DNA of 32,000 nt from Nanopusillaceae archaeon (GTDB taxonomy: Archaea; Nanobdellota; Nanobdellia; Nanobdellales; Nanobdellaceae): positions 30,001 through 62,000 of the forward strand of contig JBMFJD010000003.1 in assembly GCA_049974095.1 (NCBI GenBank), read 5' to 3'. Below the pieces are notes generated by a model. The model worked only from the letters and a program-made list of their open reading frames with translations, was not told where the DNA came from and made no database searches. The position numbers and the translations under genes were made by a program. The first letter of the stretch is position 1; each line of letters opens with the position of its first letter. Shown piece after piece: positions 19,135 to 26,984 of the stretch.

Positions 19135-20820
19135 TTATATAGAAAAAGGTAATGCACTTGGGCCATTAATATAGAAGTTTTTCAATATTTCATATACTTC
19201 AAAGAAATCGAATATTTGCTCTTCGACCATTCTTTTCAATATTTTTGTTCTATATTCTAATATTTCATATATTTTTCTTTTATCATCGATTTTCATTAAT
19301 GGAGCAATTTTCTTTTCTAATATATAACTATTATATTTTCCAGAAAAAATATGTCTATCTCTTACACTATCCCATGAAAATACTCTTCTAACGGCAACTT
19401 TTTTCAATTCAGCAATATATTTTTCAATTTCATATATACTAACAACTCTCCTTTCCATTTTTCCTTTTATTGTTACAGTAGAAGTAAATACTGCAATATT
19501 TAAGTTATCTATAAATGTAATTGGGATATTAATTGGTTCTCCAGTTAATCTTTCTATTAATGATGTAATATTACCTGAGTGAAATGTTGTCATAACAGGA
19601 TGACCTGTTTGCATTGCCTGAAATGCTACATATCCTTCTTTTCCTCTAATCTCACCTATCAGTATATAATTAGGTCTAGATCTTAATGCTGCTACTAATA
19701 AATCATACATTGATACATCTGCTGATCTTCCTACTTCTCTAGTTACTAATCTTTGCCATATTTTATGAGGAATATTTAATTCTGGAGTATCTTCTACAGA
19801 ATATACTTTTGCATCAGGTTTAATAAATGTAGCTAAAGCATTTAGTAATGTAGTTTTTCCTGAAGCTGTTTCTCCAGATACAACAATATTCATTCCATTT
19901 TCAATAGCTAACCATAAATAAGCAGCTTCTTCTGGAGATATTGTTCCAAAAGATATTAATTGTGTTATACTTAATGGTTTTGCAGAGAATTTTCTAATTG
20001 TAAATGAGGAACCATGGAGAGAAATATCTTTTCCATAAATAAAATTAACTCTTGATCCATCTGGTAAGATTGCATCTACAATTGGTCTTGTTTCTGAAAT
20101 AGGTCTATCTACAATTTCAGAATATTTTATAATATATTTATTTAATTGTATCTCATCTTCAAATTTTCTATTTGTTTTCAGCATTCCAAATATTTTATGA
20201 ACAACATATATTGGACCAAGACCTAAAATATGAACATCTTCTAGATATGGATCTCTTAAAAATGGTTCTAAAAATCCATATCCAAATCTTTCTCTTATTA
20301 AGAAATATAATAATTTATCGTATTCTTCCTTATTTCTAATATAAACTTTATCAGAAAATAAAGATCTTTTTCCAACTTCTACAACTTTATTAAATAAATC
20401 TATTACTGTTTTCTTTACTTCTTCTATATTATTTAAATCTATATTTTCTACAGCATATTTTACAATTTTTGTTTGTATTTTTTCTAATTTTTCTTCTTCT
20501 TCTTTTGTTAATTCTGGTTCTATTACATTATAATATATTTCTCCAGTAGGTAATTTATATACATGGATAAATATTGGGTCCCCAACAGGATATAAAATAT
20601 TGAATTCTTCTTTAGATTTTAAAGAATAATCTAATGATGTTCTCCATTCTGGTAAACCAATTTTTCTTGATATATCATTTATATAATTTCTTAAATGAGA
20701 ATATTTTGCTAATGCTTCATTAAAATCTTCTGTTGTTTCAATATTAATAACATTTGTTTTTTCTCTTTTTATTATATATTCTTGATTGTTTTCTAATTTT
20801 TGTATTTGTTCCTCAGGCAT
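19135..20820 (-). CDS. arlI: Archaellum assembly/motor ATPase ArlI (FlaI)
   Basis: Type II/IV secretion ATPase fold. Walker A SGETASGKTT, Walker B/Asp box ILIGEIRG, His box TGHPVMTTFH. Shares 1 nt (TAATG) with the arlH stop. Confidence 0.92.
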   Translation of the reverse strand: MPEEQIQKLENNQEYIIKREKTNVINIETTEDFNEALAKYSHLRNYINDISRKIGLPEWRTSLDYSLKSKEEFNILYPVGDPIFIHVYKLPTGEIYYNVIEPELTKEEEEKLEKIQTKIVKYAVENIDLNNIEEVKKTVIDLFNKVVEVGKRSLFSDKVYIRNKEEYDKLLYFLIRERFGYGFLEPFLRDPYLEDVHILGLGPIYVVHKIFGMLKTNRKFEDEIQLNKYIIKYSEIVDRPISETRPIVDAILPDGSRVNFIYGKDISLHGSSFTIRKFSAKPLSITQLISFGTISPEEAAYLWLAIENGMNIVVSGETASGKTTLLNALATFIKPDAKVYSVEDTPELNIPHKIWQRLVTREVGRSADVSMYDLLVAALRSRPNYILIGEIRGKEGYVAFQAMQTGHPVMTTFHSGNITSLIERLTGEPINIPITFIDNLNIAVFTSTVTIKGKMERRVVSIYEIEKYIAELKKVAVRRVFSWDSVRDRHIFSGKYNSYILEKKIAPLMKIDDKRKIYEILEYRTKILKRMVEEQIFDFFEVYEILKNFYINGPSALPFSI

Positions 20821-21524
20821 TATACATATGACGATATCTCAATTATTAGGCCTATATTTGGCTCTACCCTAAATGGTATTATATTATTATATATTCCTCT
20901 AGGATACCTAAATCTTTTTACTTCAATTATTTTTAACATTGATCCTTCTTCTAAAGAGCTATATCTTAAGTTGAAATATATATCTGCAACCCTTCTAATA
21001 TTTTTTACAAAGAATTCATTTATTTCTGCTGAATTATATGTAACAACAATTGTTTTATTCATATCTTTTATTTTGCTTAAGAACTCTATTAATTTAACAG
21101 AATCCATCTTATTTAAACCATTTATTAATGGATACGATAATGAATCTACTATAATTAATTCGCTTTCAAATATTTTTCTAGCTTTTTCTTTTGTTAATTC
21201 AAATATTAAATTCTCTCTTTCTTTTATTCTTCCAAACATATTTAATGTTGGAATAAATAATAATTTATTATTTAATAAATAATCTTTTACATCATATCCT
21301 AAAGATTCCATTTGCCTTATAAAATCTACAATAGATAATTCTGTAGAAATATATGTTACTTTATGATTATTTGATAATGCGCCATATAATATTCTTTGAC
21401 ATACAATACTTTTTCCTGCTCCATCCTCTCCTTCAATAATAAATAAACTACTTTTAGGAATTGCTCCTCCTAATCTATCTGCAAATTCATCTCTATCTAA
21501 ATATACTTCAATATACTCTACCAT
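20820..21524 (-). CDS. arlH: Archaellum protein ArlH (FlaH), KaiC/RecA-like
   Basis: FIIEGEDGAGKS Walker A; TYISTELSIVDFIRQMESLGYDV. Position directly upstream of arlI. Confidence 0.88.
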   Translation of the reverse strand: MVEYIEVYLDRDEFADRLGGAIPKSSLFIIEGEDGAGKSIVCQRILYGALSNNHKVTYISTELSIVDFIRQMESLGYDVKDYLLNNKLLFIPTLNMFGRIKERENLIFELTKEKARKIFESELIIVDSLSYPLINGLNKMDSVKLIEFLSKIKDMNKTIVVTYNSAEINEFFVKNIRRVADIYFNLRYSSLEEGSMLKIIEVKRFRYPRGIYNNIIPFRVEPNIGLIIEISSYV

Positions 21525-21525
21525 T

Positions 21526-21909
21526 TTACGTAATTATATAATTATAAGATTGGCCATTACAATATTCAATTGTTATATTGCTTCCTGCATTTACATTTTC
21601 ACTTACATTTAGTTCTAATGTATATTGATTTATTACTTTATATGAAAAATTAGCTGGAATATTATTTATTTCTATTTTATTTATACAAACATTTTTTTGT
21701 TGATTTTGAATTAAATATAAGATAGAGTAATCATTAAAATTTTCTTCATTTATTATATAACTACCTGGGGATGCATAATTTGTATTTGTAATATTTTCCA
21801 CTTCTCTTGCTATAATTTTTCCTGCTGAACTATAAAATGAGTAAAAAACTTGTAGAACAAAAAATCCAACTAAAAATAAGATTGTCAAATAAATTAATTC
21901 TCTAATCAT
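21526..21909 (-). CDS. ArlF/ArlG (FlaF/FlaG)-like membrane-anchored protein
   Basis: 127 aa. A single N-terminal TM (IYLTILFLVGFFVLQVFYSF) then a beta-rich domain. Occupies the F/G slot between the D/E-like gene and arlH. Confidence 0.45.
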   Translation of the reverse strand: MIRELIYLTILFLVGFFVLQVFYSFYSSAGKIIAREVENITNTNYASPGSYIINEENFNDYSILYLIQNQQKNVCINKIEINNIPANFSYKVINQYTLELNVSENVNAGSNITIEYCNGQSYNYIIT

Positions 21910-22630
21910 TTTTTACTGGAGATATATATCCTTTTTCAACTAGCTCCCTATATAAATCTTTCAATCTTTCTATGTTTTCTTCTCCTCTTAATTGAGATAT
22001 CTTTGATATTATATATAAACTTACAAGATGATCCATTGGTGTTAATTTTTTATTTTCCTCTTCTATTCCAACCAATCCATTTAAATATTCTTTTAATTTT
22101 ATTTTTACTTTCTCATTTATCCAATTTATATCCTCATAATAATCCAATGCTTTCTCCACTTCTTCAACATTTGACTTCTTTAATAAAAATGATAACCAAC
22201 CTACAACAATTGATGCAACGGTCGGATTATCATCTAAAACTTCTAATGGAAGTATTTTATTTTCTATTTCTTCTACATTTTCTACATTAATTTTTTCTTT
22301 AATCTCTTTTTCCTCTTCAACAAATGGATTATAATTCTTTATTAATATTTCATAAATAGAAAATATTTTTTCCATATTATTTTTTATATTATTTATTTCA
22401 TTTTGATTTGTCTCTACTCTTTCATTTAAATCAGAAAACCTATTTGAAATATCTGTAACTTTATTTTCAAGATCTCTTATAGATTTAGCCAAACCTTCGA
22501 TTGAATTAGCTATACTTTTTATTTCAGAATCATAATTTATTGTTGAAGAATTATTTACTGGTTGTTGAACAGATATAAAATTCGTTTCATCTTCTTTACT
22601 TTTTTTAAATATCTTTGAAAACATACTCAT
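21902..22630 (-). CDS. ArlD/E (FlaD/E)-like archaellum accessory protein
   Basis: N-terminal coiled coil, then C-terminal block VVGWLSFLLKK...ALDYYEDINWINEKV..KLKEYL matching the W-L-x-F-L ... YY-x-x-I-x-W-I signature of the FlaC/D/E domain. Has an 8-nt overlap with the next gene. Confidence 0.6.
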   Translation of the reverse strand: MSMFSKIFKKSKEDETNFISVQQPVNNSSTINYDSEIKSIANSIEGLAKSIRDLENKVTDISNRFSDLNERVETNQNEINNIKNNMEKIFSIYEILIKNYNPFVEEEKEIKEKINVENVEEIENKILPLEVLDDNPTVASIVVGWLSFLLKKSNVEEVEKALDYYEDINWINEKVKIKLKEYLNGLVGIEEENKKLTPMDHLVSLYIISKISQLRGEENIERLKDLYRELVEKGYISPVKND

Positions 22631-22692
22631 ATTTTAATAAAGTACTCGTATAAATATAAATCTTATAATTTTATTGATTATCAATATTGATT

Positions 22693-23325
22693 ATGATAAC
22701 AAAAAAAGCAAATAATATAGAAATTCCATCTATAGGATTAGTTTTACATTTATTTGATGATTTCATGATTACAAGTAAAAAAGAAGAAAAAAATATTGAA
22801 AAAATGGGAATAGATATAAAGAAATATTATATTAACTCTACTATAATCTCTCCATATTTCATAGAATATGAAGGAAAAATATTTATTAGCAAAAATTCTC
22901 CAGAAGAATTAAAAAATATATTAAAAGAAAAATTTGATATTGTTGAAGTGGACACTATAGAAAATTTAATAGGAAATATTTATTTAATAGGAAAAAATGG
23001 AATAATATATTCTAGAGGAAAAGAAAAAGATGTTGAATTATTAAGTAAAAAATTATCTCTACCAGCATACAAAATTAAAGCAAAATATTTGATTGGAAGT
23101 ATATCAAAAGTATATAAAAATAAACTTATGATTTCACAGGAACTAAATGATAAAATAATAAAGAAAATTGAAGAAATAACAGGATATAAAATAGATGTAG
23201 GATCTATAAACTTTGGTAGTCCATATCTAAGATATGGGATTGAAATAAATAAAGACTATATAATCATAGGGAAATATAGTACTGGACATGAAATTGTTAA
23301 GATTGAAGAGTTTTTTTCTGATTAG
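22693..23325 (+). CDS. eif6: Translation initiation factor 6 (aIF6/eIF6)
   Basis: Track ORF starts at TTG 22687; the ATG is at 22693. Repetitive pentein-like units ending ...VGSINFGSPYLRYGIEINKDYIIIGKYSTGHEIVKIEEFF, typical of eIF6. Confidence 0.8.
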   Translation: MITKKANNIEIPSIGLVLHLFDDFMITSKKEEKNIEKMGIDIKKYYINSTIISPYFIEYEGKIFISKNSPEELKNILKEKFDIVEVDTIENLIGNIYLIGKNGIIYSRGKEKDVELLSKKLSLPAYKIKAKYLIGSISKVYKNKLMISQELNDKIIKKIEEITGYKIDVGSINFGSPYLRYGIEINKDYIIIGKYSTGHEIVKIEEFFSD

Positions 23326-23635
23326 TTATTTCTGATATTTTTTTATTTATATTATCTAATTCTTGATTTAATTTATTTAAAACATCTTCTACCATCTTTA
23401 ATACTTCTTCTTTATTTTTTTCAACAAAAATATTTCTTCCAGCATTTATTAATAAAGTACTATCATCTAAAATTGATCCTTTTACAAATATATATCCACC
23501 TAAATTAATGTACGTTTGATCCTGTTTTTTTAAGTCATTCAAATATTGCTTTATAAGAGAATACTCTACAATTCTTTTTTCAATTTCTTCTTTTTGCTGA
23601 TATAAATATTCTAATATTTCATCATAATTCTCCAT
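23297..23635 (-). CDS. pfdA: Prefoldin alpha subunit
   Basis: Coiled coil - INLGGYIFVKGSILDDSTLLINAGRNIFVEKNKEEV (double hairpin as in alpha subunits) - coiled coil. Conserved rplX-pfdA adjacency. Confidence 0.75.
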   Translation of the reverse strand: MENYDEILEYLYQQKEEIEKRIVEYSLIKQYLNDLKKQDQTYINLGGYIFVKGSILDDSTLLINAGRNIFVEKNKEEVLKMVEDVLNKLNQELDNINKKISEITNQKKTLQS

Positions 23636-23918
23636 TTTTCATTAATTCTATTAATTTCTTTAAACTTTTATCTCTAATATCTTCTTCTTTTATTTCTTCA
23701 ATCTTTATTATTTTTATTCTATTTCTTTTTACCTTATATAAACTTCCAAATATTGAATATAATTTTTCCAATATATCTTTTTCGCTTGTTCCTAATAATT
23801 CTTTTACAAATTTATATTTTATTTTTCTTTTTGTTATTTTACCTTCCTTTTTTCTAGATCTTCTAATTATTTTTATTTTTTCAATTTCTCCTTCAACTCT
23901 ATATATTTTTACATCCAT
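23622..23918 (-). CDS. rplX: 50S ribosomal protein LX (L18Ae/eL20)
   Basis: The track ORF begins at a TTG inside rpl3. MDVKIYRVEGEI... (residue 12, top coordinate 23918) starts just after the rpl3 stop. FVKELLGTSEKDILEKLYSIFGSLYKVKRNRIKIIKIEEI matches the LX pattern. Confidence 0.8.
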   Translation of the reverse strand: MDVKIYRVEGEIEKIKIIRRSRKKEGKITKRKIKYKFVKELLGTSEKDILEKLYSIFGSLYKVKRNRIKIIKIEEIKEEDIRDKSLKKLIELMKNGEL

Positions 23919-23919
23919 T

Positions 23920-24897
23920 TTAATTTTTAGGAACAAAAGATATATATTCAATATTTACCTTTTCAGGATTCCTTCTTGGTCTTATTGCTTTTCTCAATAT
24001 TATCAATCTTTTTGAAGGTCCTTGTACAGATCCCTTTAAGATTATATATTTTGATTTTATAATTCCATAATGTGGCCATCCAGATTTTGGATTTATCTCT
24101 TCAGGTTTATCAGATATCTTTATTATTAATTTATTATATTCTGTTCTTCTAAAGAATCCATATTGACCTGGCATAGGAGTTGTTGGAAATATTCTGTGCA
24201 TACCTCTTGCCCCTCTTGCAGATGCATGTCTTGGAGATTTTCCATGTTTATGCTCTCTGGGTTGTATCTTTACTCTAAATCTTTTTACTTCTCCTTGAAA
24301 TCCTCTTCCTTTTGTAACTCCAATTGTATCTATATATTCTCCCTCTTTAAATACATCTGTTATATTTATTTCTTTTCCCAGAATATTTTTAGCATAATTA
24401 AATATTTCTTTTATATTATTTCCTCCAATTGGTATTTCAAATATTTCAGATTTCTTTTTCTTTAATCCAGTTAACCAAGGTTGAGTATGAACTATCAATT
24501 TAATTAGAGAAACTTTATCTAAAATATTTTCTGCATCCTGTAGATCTTTCTCTAAATCATCATTTGGTTCTAATGTTTTTACCTTTCTTTTTACATTTGA
24601 ATCAATATTATTTGAAATTATGTCTTTTAATGCTAAACTTCCCTTATTTATATCTTTTTTATATAATCTAAATCCTAGAATCTTTAATGGGGGAACTTCT
24701 AATATTGTAACTGGGATAAACTTGCTATCTGTGGAAATTATATGCGTCATTCCAACTTTATATCCAGCAAATGCAACAGGCTGTATATTATCAATCTCTG
24801 GCCAACTTTTTATCTCAGGATAAATTCTTTTAGCTCTTACTCTAGGCCAAAATTGCATAGATACACTTCTTGGTTTATGTCTACCATGCTGTGGCAT
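23920..24897 (-). CDS. rpl3: 50S ribosomal protein L3 (uL3)
   Basis: MPQHGRHKPRS...FWPRVRAKR; FAGYKVGMTH; GVTKGRGFQGEVKRF. Confidence 0.95.
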   Translation of the reverse strand: MPQHGRHKPRSVSMQFWPRVRAKRIYPEIKSWPEIDNIQPVAFAGYKVGMTHIISTDSKFIPVTILEVPPLKILGFRLYKKDINKGSLALKDIISNNIDSNVKRKVKTLEPNDDLEKDLQDAENILDKVSLIKLIVHTQPWLTGLKKKKSEIFEIPIGGNNIKEIFNYAKNILGKEINITDVFKEGEYIDTIGVTKGRGFQGEVKRFRVKIQPREHKHGKSPRHASARGARGMHRIFPTTPMPGQYGFFRRTEYNKLIIKISDKPEEINPKSGWPHYGIIKSKYIILKGSVQGPSKRLIILRKAIRPRRNPEKVNIEYISFVPKN

Positions 24898-24920
24898 TGA
24901 TTATTATGTTCTAAAAATTC

Positions 24921-24928
24921 TTTTAAAT
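24921..24928 (+). promoter_or_regulatory. TATA-like box for tRNA-Pro
   Basis: ttttaaat lies 23-30 nt upstream of the mature tRNA 5' end. Confidence 0.4.
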
Positions 24929-24950
24929 TTTCTAAAAATTTTAATAGATG

Positions 24951-25021
24951 GGGGCCGTAGGCTAGTGGAAGGCTACTGGGTTTGGGTCCCAGGGATCGGG
25001 GTTCGAATCCCCGCGGCCCCA
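24951..25021 (+). tRNA. tRNA-Pro (anticodon UGG), no encoded CCA, no intron
   Basis: Hand fold: acceptor GGGGCCG/CGGCCCC, D stem GGCU/GGCU (two G-U pairs), anticodon stem CUGGG/CCCAG with loop UUUGGGU, T arm CGGGG-UUCGAAU-CCCCG, discriminator A. A GC-rich island in AT-rich DNA. Confidence 0.92.
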
Positions 25022-25075
25022 TATGTACTACTATAAAGTTATAAACCTTATAAACATAAGAATAAAAATATCATT

Positions 25076-25348
25076 ATGATAATAACTTTGCTTATGCTTG
25101 AATTTTTAACAATTATTACATTTATTTTATTATCTTTAGCAATGATAAAGAATTTAAAAGTAGGATTATTATTTTTATTATTAATTACTTTAGCTTTTTT
25201 GACAGGTTTACCATTATTTATAATTTATATAGGAATTATTTTGTTAACAGTAGGACTAATATTCTACTTTTTATTAGATTTTATAGTTATTTCTTCAATA
25301 GTTCTGGGAATAATTTTAATTCTAATATTTATTTTTCATTTTTTATAA
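25076..25348 (+). CDS. Small polytopic membrane protein (about 3 TM)
   Basis: 90 aa, almost entirely hydrophobic L/I/F segments separated by short polar turns (KNLK, TGLP). Confidence 0.45.
   Translation: MIITLLMLEFLTIITFILLSLAMIKNLKVGLLFLLLITLAFLTGLPLFIIYIGIILLTVGLIFYFLLDFIVISSIVLGIILILIFIFHFL
25341..25348 (+). promoter_or_regulatory. TATA-like box for the second C/D sRNA
   Basis: ttttataa lies 24-31 nt upstream of the C box and overlaps the stop codon of the 90-aa ORF. Confidence 0.35.
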
Positions 25349-25371
25349 ACTTTTTAACTTAAAATATATTT

Positions 25372-25420
25372 ATGAAGAAGCAAGGCATTTCTGAAAAATG
25401 ATGAGACATCGATGTACAGA
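25372..25420 (+). ncRNA. Box C/D sRNA (2'-O-methylation guide)
   Basis: AUGAAGA (C) - 12 nt agcaaggcauuu - CUGA (D') - aaa - AUGAUGA (C') - 12 nt gacaucgaugua - CAGA (D). Same 12/3/12 architecture as the sRNA at 15850. Confidence 0.85.
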
Positions 25421-25424
25421 TAAA

Positions 25425-25432
25425 TTTATAAT
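25425..25432 (+). promoter_or_regulatory. TATA-like box for tRNA-Arg
   Basis: tttataat lies 25-32 nt upstream of the tRNA 5' end and starts 5 nt after the sRNA D box. Confidence 0.4.
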
Positions 25433-25456
25433 AAAAATAATAAAAGATATGATATT

Positions 25457-25531
25457 GGACCCGTAGCTCAGCATGGATAGAGCGACGGCCTTCTAAGCCG
25501 TAGGTCGGGGGTTCGAATCCCCCCGGGCCCG
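25457..25531 (+). tRNA. tRNA-Arg (anticodon UCU), no encoded CCA, no intron
   Basis: Hand fold: acceptor GGACCCG/CGGGCCC (A3-C70 mismatch), D arm GCUC-AGCAUGGAUA-GAGC, anticodon stem ACGGC/GCCGU with loop CUUCUAA, variable AGGUC, T arm GGGGG-UUCGAAU-CCCCC, discriminator G. Confidence 0.9.
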
Positions 25532-25536
25532 CTAAA

Positions 25537-25992
25537 TTATTTTGATAATGTTGATGTCAAATTATATGATTGTTGATAGTTATTATAAGTAAAATAAAAC
25601 TCGTAATATCCATTATTAGAAAATAAATTATTTATAATTTCTTCATTATTTGTACAATTTACTAATACTGTTCCTTGACTGTTTGTATCTAATGTATAAT
25701 TTGAGGCAACTATATTACAATTATATTGAATATTTGTTAAAGAATAAATAGCATAAACATCCATATTATTCAAATAAATTACAGATGGACCATTATTATA
25801 AATTATTGCATATATTCCTTGCTTTGAATAGTACATAAGAGGAATTTTAAACGAAGATGGTAAACTTTGTCCAGAACCTTTCATAAAATATTTTGCTATT
25901 TCTGTTGGAGGTACAAATAAATATAAAAATACAGATACTCCTAATAATATACCCATAAAAATCAATAAAAATGTCCACGTATCTGATCTCAT
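25537..25992 (-). CDS. Membrane-anchored beta-rich protein, hypothetical
   Basis: 151 aa. N-terminal TM (WTFLLIFMGILLGVSVFLYLF) then an N/Y/T-rich domain with 3 sequons. General layout resembles the ArlF/G-like ORF at 21526, but I see no clear sequence similarity. Confidence 0.45.
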   Translation of the reverse strand: MRSDTWTFLLIFMGILLGVSVFLYLFVPPTEIAKYFMKGSGQSLPSSFKIPLMYYSKQGIYAIIYNNGPSVIYLNNMDVYAIYSLTNIQYNCNIVASNYTLDTNSQGTVLVNCTNNEEIINNLFSNNGYYEFYFTYNNYQQSYNLTSTLSK

Positions 25993-26017
25993 TCTATATT
26001 TAAACTACATTAAAATA

Positions 26018-26956
26018 TTAAAATTTAACCTTAAAATCTATACATACCCTATACGTACCTGGTGCTATATCTCCAACTTTTAATATTTTTAATATTTCAT
26101 AATTAAAATTCAATTTTTTAGAATATTCATCTAATAATTTATATGAATTTTCTTCTATTTCTTCTTCCTTAAAAAATTGATATAAATGTATAATTCCATT
26201 ATTTTTTATTAAAGGTATTGCATATTCTAAAAAAGTATGGCTCTCCTTTGGTAAAGGCATTATAATTCTATCAAATTTTTTATTAAATTTTTCTAAATTT
26301 TCCAAATCTTTTATATATTTCAAATTCTTATATTTTATCTTTCTTATAATATCTTTATCTTCAAATACATAAATATTATTTAATTCTATCCCAGATTCTA
26401 TTACATCCTTTATATAATCTTCTTCATTCTTTATTATCCCATCTCCATTTTCTAAATATCCTATATAAGGAGAAATATCTCTTACATCCCCCAATATTGT
26501 AACTATATTATTTACCTTATTTAATTTTACATTTTCTAATCCATATTTTACAGCAAAAGGATTAAGTTCTATAGAATATATGATTTTTGCTTTTGAAAAT
26601 TTCGATATATATATAGGATATACATTCACTCCAGAAAACATTACCAATACTTCTTCCCCTTCTTTAACTTCTTTTGCTATTCTATATCTTTCATTAGCTA
26701 ACCTAGAAGAATAATATGATCTACCGACATCAACTTTAAATTTTAATCCATATTCTATATTTATTGTCTCTGTTTTATTTTCTCCATATAATATTTTATA
26801 TTTTGGAACCCTATAGGGAGGTAATACATCTGTTTCTTGTAATAAGATTGTTTTTATAAACCTGTACTTCTCTAATATTTTCTTAACATATTCTTCTTCA
26901 CTATATTTTAATGGTTTTTTTATTACTGCAATATCCCCAATAATATCATAAGACAT
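26018..26956 (-). CDS. trm5: tRNA (guanine37-N1)-methyltransferase Trm5/Taw22 family (Met-10+ domain)
   Basis: YDIIGDIAVIK; FKVDV.RSYYSSRLANER.RIA; VLVMFSGVN.YPI; FDRIIMPLP; APGTYRVCIDFKV. Collinear with archaeal Trm5 except for one insertion. Confidence 0.85.
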   Translation of the reverse strand: MSYDIIGDIAVIKKPLKYSEEEYVKKILEKYRFIKTILLQETDVLPPYRVPKYKILYGENKTETINIEYGLKFKVDVGRSYYSSRLANERYRIAKEVKEGEEVLVMFSGVNVYPIYISKFSKAKIIYSIELNPFAVKYGLENVKLNKVNNIVTILGDVRDISPYIGYLENGDGIIKNEEDYIKDVIESGIELNNIYVFEDKDIIRKIKYKNLKYIKDLENLEKFNKKFDRIIMPLPKESHTFLEYAIPLIKNNGIIHLYQFFKEEEIEENSYKLLDEYSKKLNFNYEILKILKVGDIAPGTYRVCIDFKVKF

Positions 26957-26984
26957 AAAGCTTTATTATATAACATTAATAAAA

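Noticed and set aside
20800-21282. Track ORF 20800..21282 (+), 160 aa
   Set aside because: It is antisense to arlH, which has a clear Walker A motif and conserved operon position.
22003-22290. Track ORF 22003..22290 (+), 95 aa
   Set aside because: It is antisense to the ArlD/E-like gene and has no motifs.
24163-24823. Track ORFs 24163..24465 and 24620..24823 (+)
   Set aside because: Both are antisense to ribosomal protein L3.
24837-25022. Track ORF 24837..25022 (-), 61 aa (MGPRGFEPRSLGPKPSS...)
   Set aside because: Its G/P/R-rich start is simply the reverse complement of the GC-rich tRNA-Pro gene, and the remainder overlaps the rpl3 5' end and spacer.
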